Assembly: GCA_964629655.1 (NCBI GenBank)
Contig: CAZVQU010000002.1
Coordinates: 162,814 to 226,813, forward strand
Length of the DNA: 64,000 nucleotides
DNA from: an uncultured Planctomycetia bacterium
Lineage (GTDB): Bacteria; Omnitrophota; Gorgyraeia; Duberdicusellales; 4484-171
Reading direction: 5' to 3'
Under the pieces are notes generated by a model, which was not told the origin of the DNA, searched no databases, and was given only the letters and a program-made list of their open reading frames with translations. The translations under genes were made by a program, and so were the position numbers. Shown piece by piece: positions 1 to 7,328 of the stretch (position 1 is the first letter of the stretch; each line of letters begins with the position of its first letter).

Positions 1-1098
1 AGACCTGAAACGTTTGTTCCTTGTAATTATTTCCCAAACCTTCAAAAATAAAGCTGCCAGAACAATTGAGAACCCGAACGAAGGCAGATAAAGATATCTC
101 TCTGAGATAATATTGCACACCGGAATAAGATTTGAATAAGGTGCGTAAGTGATAAAAAACCACATTATTCCAAAAGAAACCGGCTTAAAATTACGCCGGC
201 ACTTGAAGAAAGAAACTATTGCTATCCCAATTATACTTAGAGACAGGAAGAAAGCCGGACTAAAGGCTTGAATGTTAGTAACGTTAAAAGCAAAAGGGTG
301 GACAAGCCCACGCTGAAGCGGCAAGTAAAGAATCTTTAGATAATAAACAAAAGCCTTGGCAGCTACCACTAAGTATCTAAAACCCCTGACGTAGAAAATC
401 AGATGCATGAATTCATTCTTTGATACAAAGAATAAGCTGATAAAAAGAAAAGATACGGCCGAGAGCAAAATTAATAGCATTATTCGCAGCCGGCGCAGAA
501 AAATGTCGTTCTCACTTCTCTGTCGAAAGAATATGTCATAGGAAATAAACAGGAGCGGCAAAACTGCCACTGCATTGCCGGCTAGAAAACAAAGGCTGAA
601 AGCAACTACTGAAAAAGTTAAATTAAAAATAGATCTGTCTGACTTAACATAAAATAAAAAAGAGGCGATGAAAAATAGGCTCGATAAAGCATAGGGGCCG
701 CCAGAAATCCAACTAACCGCTTCAGTATGGATTGGATGAAGAGCAAAAATAAGGCTACTTAGGAAAGATAAGGCTCGATTATTAAATAAGACGCTGCAAA
801 GAAGAAAAACAAGGATTACACACCCAATGTGAGCTAAAACATTAGCTAAGTGATAGGGATAAGGATTCTGGCCCCAAAAATTCCAGATAAAAACTTTTGG
901 TATTTCAACTAAGACTCCGGGATGTATCGAAAAATATTTCGAAAAGTACGTCCCAGCATCATGTATCCTTTTATTCCTTAATATGCCTACGGTATCATCA
1001 ATTAAAAAGTCACCTTGTAGAGAATTTGCATAGACCGCAAAAGCAATAAGACCTAGCAATACAATTAAACCCCAATCTTTTAACTTGCTAGAGTGCAT
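1..1098 (-). CDS. TMTC/PMT-family (GT-C type) polytopic membrane glycosyltransferase, N-terminal part; C-terminus lies beyond the window start
   Basis: Manual translation from ATG at 1098..1096 (RBS AGGA 6 nt upstream): MHSSKLKDWGLIVLLGLIAFAVYANSLQGDFLIDDTVGILRNKRIH..., multiple TM helices, FxDD motif near N-terminus typical of PMT/TMTC-like proteins. Not in ORF track because the stop lies outside the window. Confidence 0.55.
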   Translation of the reverse strand, partial: MHSSKLKDWGLIVLLGLIAFAVYANSLQGDFLIDDTVGILRNKRIHDAGTYFSKYFSIHPGVLVEIPKVFIWNFWGQNPYPYHLANVLAHIGCVILVFLLCSVLFNNRALSFLSSLIFALHPIHTEAVSWISGGPYALSSLFFIASFLFYVKSDRSIFNLTFSVVAFSLCFLAGNAVAVLPLLFISYDIFFRQRSENDIFLRRLRIMLLILLSAVSFLFISLFFVSKNEFMHLIFYVRGFRYLVVAAKAFVYYLKILYLPLQRGLVHPFAFNVTNIQAFSPAFFLSLSIIGIAIVSFFKCRRNFKPVSFGIMWFFITYAPYSNLIPVCNIISERYLYLPSFGFSIVLAALFLKVWEIITRNKRFRS

Positions 1099-1125
1099 GG
1101 GCTGTTCCTAAAGAATAAAGATACG

Positions 1126-1184
1126 TTTTAATAAAAAACAAGGCTGACTCCTCATCCGTTAAAATCAACAATGAAAAGTCAGCC
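1126..1184 (-). terminator. Putative intrinsic terminator downstream of the pilin gene
   Basis: Inverted repeat GGCTGACT...AGTCAGCC (1142-1149 / 1177-1184, 8-bp stem, long loop) followed on the minus strand by TTGTTTTTTATT. Confidence 0.35.
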
Positions 1185-1231
1185 ATTATTTGTATCGTAA
1201 AAAAATAATTAATTTAGTTAAACACTCAGTT

Positions 1232-1627
1232 TTAGAATCCTGAACCCTGAGTCTCGGTAGCTGAGCTCCAAATCCTGCCAGTATTTGCATCATAAATCCA
1301 TCCAGCAGCTGAATTTGCTGTCTCAGATGCTCCAGCTACAAAGCTAGCTGAGTTCGTGTAAGGGTTTTCGGGGACTTGTCCGTTAGACATAACGCCGTTA
1401 GTTGCTTGACTCATTTCAGCTAGCGTAGGCCAAGCAGCTGCACCTGAAGCAGCTGTTTTAGCATACCAAATTGAAATACCGCTACGCAACCCTCCCAGGC
1501 CTCCTTTAAGTGCTGATTCTTTAGCTTCATCTTGTAAATTGAAAAATGTAGGTGTAGCGACCGCCGCTAGAATTCCTAAAATGACCATTACCATAACTAA
1601 TTCAATCAGTGTAAAACCTTTTCTCAC
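1232..1627 (-). CDS. Type IV pilin / pseudopilin (prepilin-type N-terminal cleavage/methylation domain)
   Basis: N-terminus (GTG start) RKGFTLIELVMVMVILGILAAVA = class III signal peptide with G^FTLIEL motif; 131 aa; strong RBS AGGAGGTG 6 nt upstream. Confidence 0.85.
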   Translation of the reverse strand: MRKGFTLIELVMVMVILGILAAVATPTFFNLQDEAKESALKGGLGGLRSGISIWYAKTAASGAAAWPTLAEMSQATNGVMSNGQVPENPYTNSASFVAGASETANSAAGWIYDANTGRIWSSATETQGSGF

Positions 1628-1672
1628 TAGACACCTCCTTGTTGTAACATAGATAGCACTTCTTTCATCTAC

Positions 1673-2887
1673 CTAGTTCGGTTTAAATACTCTTATTAAA
1701 TTCCACATCGGCATAAATATTCCCAAAGCCATAATTAAAACCATGACCGCTAAAATGAAAATAAGTATTGGCTCAATATAAGTAGTTAGGTTATTGATCA
1801 TATAGGCTGCTTCACGATCATAATAATCAGCAGCACTTAAAAGTAACTCGTCAGTCTTTCCTGATTGTTCACCAATGGCAACCATTTGAGTTACCACCGG
1901 GGGAAATAAATTGGAAATCTTCATTGGCTCGGATATGCCCTTGCCTTGGCTAACACTCTCTCGGATATTTTGGATTGCTCGAACAATTATACTATTTCCC
2001 GACGAAATAGCAACTAAATCCAGGACTTTTAAAATAGGCACTCCGCTCTTCATTAATATGGCGGTAACTCTAGCAAAGCGCGACATTACTAACATTGATA
2101 CAAGTGGACCAAAGACAGGAACGCTTAATTTAAAGTTATCCCAGAGTGTTCTTCCGGTTTTAGACTTGATGAAATATCTAAAAGCAATGATTAACCCTCC
2201 TAAGACCAGAATAAATAAATACCAGAATTCTTTTATGACTACATTTGTACTAATTAAGATACGTGTGGGAAGCGGTAAAGCTGCATTGAATTTACCATAT
2301 AGACTGGCAAAACGGGGAATCACAAAGGTAATGACAACTAAAAAGCCTAAACATAAAACCCCTAAAGCAATCATCGGGTAGCGGGTAGCCGATTTTATTC
2401 TCATCCGGGTTTCGATCTCGCGGTCAATTAGCTCTGAAAGCCTTTCTAGGACCTCGACCATTCTACCGCTAGCCTCAGCTGCTTTTACCATCCCGACATA
2501 AATATTGTTAAAAGTACTTCCATGTTTTTCTAAACCTTGAGAAAAACTTGAACCTCCTCTGATGTCACGCACGATTTCTTCTATAGTTATTTTAAAATAT
2601 TGATCTTTGGTTTGAATGGCAATTGCCTCAAGACTAGCAAGCAAGGGTACTCCGGCTTTCTGCAAAGAATAAAGCTGACGGGTAAAAGCATTTATCTCGC
2701 CAGGTTTTACGCGCTTAAATCTTTTTAGAATACCACTAGTCTTTATCTCAGCTGTCTTAGCTATAGAGACCAGAACATACCCCATCTCCTTAAGCTTCTT
2801 AGCAGCATCCCCCTTGGCTTCAGCCGAGATTACCCCAGTTACTAACCTTGCGAATTTATCCCTGGCTTTGTATTTAAAATTAGCCAT
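1673..2887 (-). CDS. pilC: Type IV pilus / type II secretion inner-membrane platform protein (PilC/GspF family)
   Basis: 404 aa, two GspF-type repeats, 3 TM segments, positioned between the PilB-like ATPase and the pilin gene. Confidence 0.8.
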   Translation of the reverse strand: MANFKYKARDKFARLVTGVISAEAKGDAAKKLKEMGYVLVSIAKTAEIKTSGILKRFKRVKPGEINAFTRQLYSLQKAGVPLLASLEAIAIQTKDQYFKITIEEIVRDIRGGSSFSQGLEKHGSTFNNIYVGMVKAAEASGRMVEVLERLSELIDREIETRMRIKSATRYPMIALGVLCLGFLVVITFVIPRFASLYGKFNAALPLPTRILISTNVVIKEFWYLFILVLGGLIIAFRYFIKSKTGRTLWDNFKLSVPVFGPLVSMLVMSRFARVTAILMKSGVPILKVLDLVAISSGNSIIVRAIQNIRESVSQGKGISEPMKISNLFPPVVTQMVAIGEQSGKTDELLLSAADYYDREAAYMINNLTTYIEPILIFILAVMVLIMALGIFMPMWNLIRVFKPN

Positions 2888-2893
2888 ATTCTG

Positions 2894-4567
2894 CTATATC
2901 TCTTCAGTCACCCTTAAAACTTCAGCTAGAGTAGTTATTCCCTTTAGGACTTTCTCCATTCCGTCATCATACAAAATTCGCATACCCAATTCTATCGCTT
3001 TTTTCTTGATCTCGTTGGCTGATGCCTTGGCTGCAACCATATTTCTGATTTCATCATTTACTACCAATAACGCATAAATTCCTATCCGGCCAAGAAATCC
3101 TGTATTTTTACATGCTCGACACCCCTTACCCTGATAAAATTTTGCATTCAAGCTCAAGTTTAAATCTTTACGCACTTCATCTGAAGGTATATGTTCTTCC
3201 TTACACTTAGGGCAAATTACCCTTACCAAGCGTTGAGCCAATATAGCGATAATTGACCCTGAAACCAAAAAAGGTTCAATGTCCATGTCTAATAGACGAG
3301 TTAAAGCGCTAGGAGCATCATTGGTGTGAAGAGTTGAAAAAACCAAATGTCCGGTTAACGAAGCTTGAATTGCTATTTCAGCAGTTTCTTTATCGCGAAT
3401 TTCACCGACCATTATAATATCCGGGTCTTGCCTTAAAATGTTTCTTAAACCATTGGCAAAGGTTAAACCAGCCTTAGGGTTGACCTGAGTCTGACGAATT
3501 AAGGGCAATTCATATTCTACCGGGTCTTCAATAGTAATTATATTCTTCTCCATGGAGTTTATAGTGGCTAGAGCTGAATAAAGGGTAGTGGTTTTCCCTG
3601 AACCAGTAGGACCGGTAACAAGAATTATCCCGTTGGGGTGCCTAATCATCTTACCAAAGATTTCCAAGACTTTATCAGAAAGCCCTAGCTCAGCTAATCC
3701 CAGAAGCACTGAAGTCTTATCAAGAATTCTAATAACGATATTCTCGCCATGAATAGTAGGAAAAGAAGAAATTCTTAAATCTAGGCTCTTATTCTCTACT
3801 TTAAGCTGCATTCTCCCGTCTTGAGGCTTACGGGTTTCAGCAATATCCATGTCTGAGACTACTTTAATTCGTGAAGCTAGAGCACTCTGCAGATGCTTAG
3901 GAAACTCCTGGATCTCATGCAAGATCCCATCAATGCGATAACGGACAAGAACCTTCTTTTGATCGGGCTCAATATGGATATCACTGGCTCCATCTTTAAC
4001 TGCCTGCATTATAATTAGATTAACTAACTTAATTACCGGAGCATCAGCAGCGATTTCAATTAACCCTTTAGGTTTCTTTTTTCCCTTCTCAGCTGCCTCT
4101 TTTGTCAACCCTTCAACCAGACTATCAACACTTCCTAAAGTACCATAATATTGATCGATAACCTTCTGTATCATATCAGGAGTTGAGAGAACTGGATCAA
4201 CTGCCTCAGCACCACTTTTCTTCCTGAGATCATCAATTGCGGTAATGTCTTGGGGATCTACCATGGCCACAGTTAAGGTATTCCCTATTTTAAACAAAGG
4301 TACAGCTTTATGTTTTTTAGCCACATTTTCAGGAACTAACTTTACCACTTCGGAATCAATTAAATAGTCATTTAAATCTATAAAAGGAATGCCTAAAGAA
4401 CCAGCCACAACCCTGACGATGTCAATCTCAGAAACAAATCCTAACTTCTCTAAGGCTTTCTCTGTAGGCATACCGGTTTTATGAACCTCTTCCTTAGCCT
4501 TATCAAGCTGCTCCTTAGTAATTATTCCTTTCTCAACTAATAACTCGATGTTTAGTTTTCTAGCCAT
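2894..4567 (-). CDS. pilB: Type IV pilus assembly ATPase PilB/GspE family with N-terminal T2SSE_N (MshEN-like) domain
   Basis: Walker A VTGPTGSGKTTTLYSAL, Asp box, His box, C-terminal tetra-Cys (CPKCK...CRAC) typical of GspE/PilB; 557 aa. Confidence 0.85.
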   Translation of the reverse strand: MARKLNIELLVEKGIITKEQLDKAKEEVHKTGMPTEKALEKLGFVSEIDIVRVVAGSLGIPFIDLNDYLIDSEVVKLVPENVAKKHKAVPLFKIGNTLTVAMVDPQDITAIDDLRKKSGAEAVDPVLSTPDMIQKVIDQYYGTLGSVDSLVEGLTKEAAEKGKKKPKGLIEIAADAPVIKLVNLIIMQAVKDGASDIHIEPDQKKVLVRYRIDGILHEIQEFPKHLQSALASRIKVVSDMDIAETRKPQDGRMQLKVENKSLDLRISSFPTIHGENIVIRILDKTSVLLGLAELGLSDKVLEIFGKMIRHPNGIILVTGPTGSGKTTTLYSALATINSMEKNIITIEDPVEYELPLIRQTQVNPKAGLTFANGLRNILRQDPDIIMVGEIRDKETAEIAIQASLTGHLVFSTLHTNDAPSALTRLLDMDIEPFLVSGSIIAILAQRLVRVICPKCKEEHIPSDEVRKDLNLSLNAKFYQGKGCRACKNTGFLGRIGIYALLVVNDEIRNMVAAKASANEIKKKAIELGMRILYDDGMEKVLKGITTLAEVLRVTEEI

Positions 4568-4637
4568 CTTCTACCTATCTCCTCAATTTCTTATTTTACT
4601 TCCTCTCTGCTAAAACCTCAACCGCTAAGAATTGTAA

Positions 4638-5759
4638 TTACGTGACTTCCGAGCTAGGTCTTGCCAAAAAGTACCCCTGTCCGGCATCAATACCGTAATC
4701 AACCAAGACCTTTAACTCCTCTTCTTTTTCAATCCCCTCGGCAATAGAAATTATGTTACTCTGCCTACAAAAACTAATTATCGCCTTAAGGAGGTTTTGC
4801 TTAACTGGATTGTCTTGGATGTCCTGAATAAGATGTCTGTCAATTTTTATAAAATCAGGCTTAATCTCAACTATTAGATCTAAAGCAGCATATCCGCTTC
4901 CAATATCATCAATAGAAGTTTTAAATCCCTTTTCCTTAAAAAATTTCAAAGTCTTTAGGAAACCAGCGAAATTATTAATTGCTGTACGTTCAGTCAGCTC
5001 TAAAACGATATTCTCAGCTTGAGCATAGCTTTCGTAAAATGAACTAAACTCTTTGAATTTTTCATCTTGAATAAGATAAGGGCTGACATTAAAAAAGGTT
5101 AAACTTTCCTTGGCCTTATCTCCTAACTTAGTTAGAGCCTTTTTATGACACATTATCTCTAAGTCAAAAAGCATACCTAGGTGGAAAGCAGTATCAAATA
5201 AAACTTCCGGGTTTGGGAAATAACTTCCCGGTAACGGCCGACTCAAGACTTCTCTACCTAAAAGACCTTGAGGGCTTAAGTAAAATATGGGTTGAAAATA
5301 AGGATTAACCAGCTCACCATTGATAATCCCCTTAACTTCATTGATTGCCTTAGCTTTATCTTTTACTCTCTCCTCAAATGGCTGATTACGCCGCAGGACT
5401 GCCTCTAGCCGTGCAAACAACTCTTCAATATCAAAAGGCTTAGTAACATAATCATCGGCACCAGTATGTAAGCCCTCAACCTTATCTTGAGAAGCATCTT
5501 TACCGGTAAGCATAACAATAGGAATTCGACTCGTTACCTTATCTGAGCGTAGCCGCCGGCAAACCTCGTAACCACTCACATCAGGCAACACCAGGTCTAG
5601 GAGAATAAGGTCGGGTGCATCTTTGACCCTTTCAAAAGCCTCTTCGGCAGTAGAAGCTACATTAACTATATAATCACGGGAATGAAGACGCATGCTAAAG
5701 ATATCTACAAAGTCACGATCGTCATCAACTAGAAGGATTCGTTTCTTTACTGTAACCAC
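4638..5759 (-). CDS. Response regulator with receiver + EAL (c-di-GMP phosphodiesterase) domains
   Basis: N-terminal REC (ILLVDDDRDF...DLILLDLVLPDVSG...MLTGK); C-terminal EAL-domain motifs ELTER, DDIGSGYAALD, IKIDRHLIQ, EGIE, QGYFLARP. Confidence 0.8.
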   Translation of the reverse strand: MVTVKKRILLVDDDRDFVDIFSMRLHSRDYIVNVASTAEEAFERVKDAPDLILLDLVLPDVSGYEVCRRLRSDKVTSRIPIVMLTGKDASQDKVEGLHTGADDYVTKPFDIEELFARLEAVLRRNQPFEERVKDKAKAINEVKGIINGELVNPYFQPIFYLSPQGLLGREVLSRPLPGSYFPNPEVLFDTAFHLGMLFDLEIMCHKKALTKLGDKAKESLTFFNVSPYLIQDEKFKEFSSFYESYAQAENIVLELTERTAINNFAGFLKTLKFFKEKGFKTSIDDIGSGYAALDLIVEIKPDFIKIDRHLIQDIQDNPVKQNLLKAIISFCRQSNIISIAEGIEKEEELKVLVDYGIDAGQGYFLARPSSEVT

Positions 5760-5769
5760 ATTAACCTCT

Positions 5770-6141
5770 TTATTGTTCTCCTAAAAGTTCCTTAATTTTT
5801 GAAAGTAATACCTGAGGCTCAAAAGGCTTTGTTATATAGGCATCTGCTCCTACCTGAGCACCCATCTCCTTATCTGAAGCTTGAGCCCGAGCAGTAAAGA
5901 GAATTATCGGAATGCTCTTATACTTCTCATCAAACTTAAGCATCCGGCAGACCTTATACCCGTCTAATTTGGGTAGCATTAAATCCAGCACTATCAAATC
6001 GGGGTTCTCAGCCCTTGCCTTATCTACAGCTTCCTGCCCATCGTAAGCAGATAAAACTTTATATCCACTAGCTTCAAGCCGCATCTTTAGCATCTCAACT
6101 AATTGAACCTCATCGTCAACCACTAAAATTCTTTTTGCCAT
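5770..6141 (-). CDS. CheY-like single-domain response regulator (paralog 4 of 4)
   Basis: 123 aa REC-only protein; DDE..D..K signature (VVDDE, LDLMLP, ILFTAR...KPF). Confidence 0.85.
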   Translation of the reverse strand: MAKRILVVDDEVQLVEMLKMRLEASGYKVLSAYDGQEAVDKARAENPDLIVLDLMLPKLDGYKVCRMLKFDEKYKSIPIILFTARAQASDKEMGAQVGADAYITKPFEPQVLLSKIKELLGEQ

Positions 6142-6165
6142 TATAGTATTTTCCTCCGGTACAGG

Positions 6166-6528
6166 CTAAACGTATCTTTTAATAAAATCTAATAACTCTT
6201 TTGTGTCAAATGGTTTGATGAAATAATCTGTTGAGCCTAAATCGTGTGTCTTAAACATAGTCTCTGTATCTCCTTTTGCCGTAAGCATCACTACCGGTGT
6301 ATGCTGAGTTTCTAAATCAGCTCTTAACCTGCGTAATACCTCAAATCCATCCATCTTTGGCATCATGATATCTAAAACAATCAGATCAGGCTTAAGGTCT
6401 TTGGCTTTCCCTAAGGCCTCTTCACCATCAGAGGCAGTACTGACTTCATAGCCTTCAGCTTCCAACCGCATCTTTAGCATCTCAACTAATTGGACTTCAT
6501 CGTCAACCACTAAAATTCTTCTTGCCAT
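6166..6528 (-). CDS. CheY-like single-domain response regulator (paralog 3 of 4)
   Basis: 120 aa REC-only protein; N-terminal 22 aa and ~70 nt nearly identical to paralog 4. Confidence 0.85.
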   Translation of the reverse strand: MARRILVVDDEVQLVEMLKMRLEAEGYEVSTASDGEEALGKAKDLKPDLIVLDIMMPKMDGFEVLRRLRADLETQHTPVVMLTAKGDTETMFKTHDLGSTDYFIKPFDTKELLDFIKRYV

Positions 6529-6545
6529 AACTACTCCTCACTTAA

Positions 6546-6917
6546 TTATTTCTTCAAAACCTTATCGACCATTAGCAATAACTTATCAGCCTCAAAAGGT
6601 TTAGCAATAAAAAGATTATCACCTATTTCTTCACTACCTTGGTTCTCGGTCATCCCATCAGCTAAGCAAGTTAAAAAGATAATTGGGATTTTAGAAAATT
6701 GATCGTCTTCCTTTAAAGCCGCACCTACCTCATTGCCAGCCATCTTTGGCATTACGATATCCAAGATGATCAAATCAGGCTTAAGGTCTTTAGCTTTCTG
6801 TAACCCCTCTTCACCATCAAAGGCAGTAATGACTTCGTAACCGTTGGCTTGAAGGCGCATCTTTAGCATAGTTACTAATTGAGGTTCGTCGTCAACTACT
6901 AAAACTCTTTTGGCCAT
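6546..6917 (-). CDS. CheY-like single-domain response regulator (paralog 2 of 4)
   Basis: 123 aa REC-only protein. Confidence 0.85.
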   Translation of the reverse strand: MAKRVLVVDDEPQLVTMLKMRLQANGYEVITAFDGEEGLQKAKDLKPDLIILDIVMPKMAGNEVGAALKEDDQFSKIPIIFLTCLADGMTENQGSEEIGDNLFIAKPFEADKLLLMVDKVLKK

Positions 6918-6942
6918 TTCACTCTCCTTATGATTTATTATA

Positions 6943-7314
6943 CTATACCTTTAAGCACTCGCTAATCTTATTTAGAAGGTCATCAGCGTCAAAAGGCTTC
7001 ACAACTAGATCATCAGCCCCGGCTTCCCTACACTTCTCGACTAAATCTTTATTGCCAGAAGCAGTAACCATGATTATTGGAATATCCTTTGCTTGGGCAT
7101 CGCTTTTAAGCTGACGGCAAAGTGACCAACCGTCAAGTTTGGGCATTACTATATCAAGAAGTATGAGGTCAGGTTTGCCCTCCTGAACCTTCTCTAATCC
7201 TTCCTCACCATCAGAAGCAGAAATCATCTCATAGCCGCTAGCCTGAAGTCGCATCCTCATCATGGTAACGAGTTCTTCCTCATCTTCAATAAGTAATATT
7301 TTCTTCTTACCCAT
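6943..7314 (-). CDS. CheY-like single-domain response regulator (paralog 1 of 4)
   Basis: 123 aa REC-only protein. Confidence 0.85.
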   Translation of the reverse strand: MGKKKILLIEDEEELVTMMRMRLQASGYEMISASDGEEGLEKVQEGKPDLILLDIVMPKLDGWSLCRQLKSDAQAKDIPIIMVTASGNKDLVEKCREAGADDLVVKPFDADDLLNKISECLKV

Positions 7315-7328
7315 GACTCCTCCTAACG

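Noticed and set aside
1911-2381. Plus-strand ORFs inside pilC (1911-2381), the histidine kinase (7669-9009) and other long minus-strand genes
   Set aside because: They are antisense shadow ORFs without motifs. The minus-strand products have clear family signatures.
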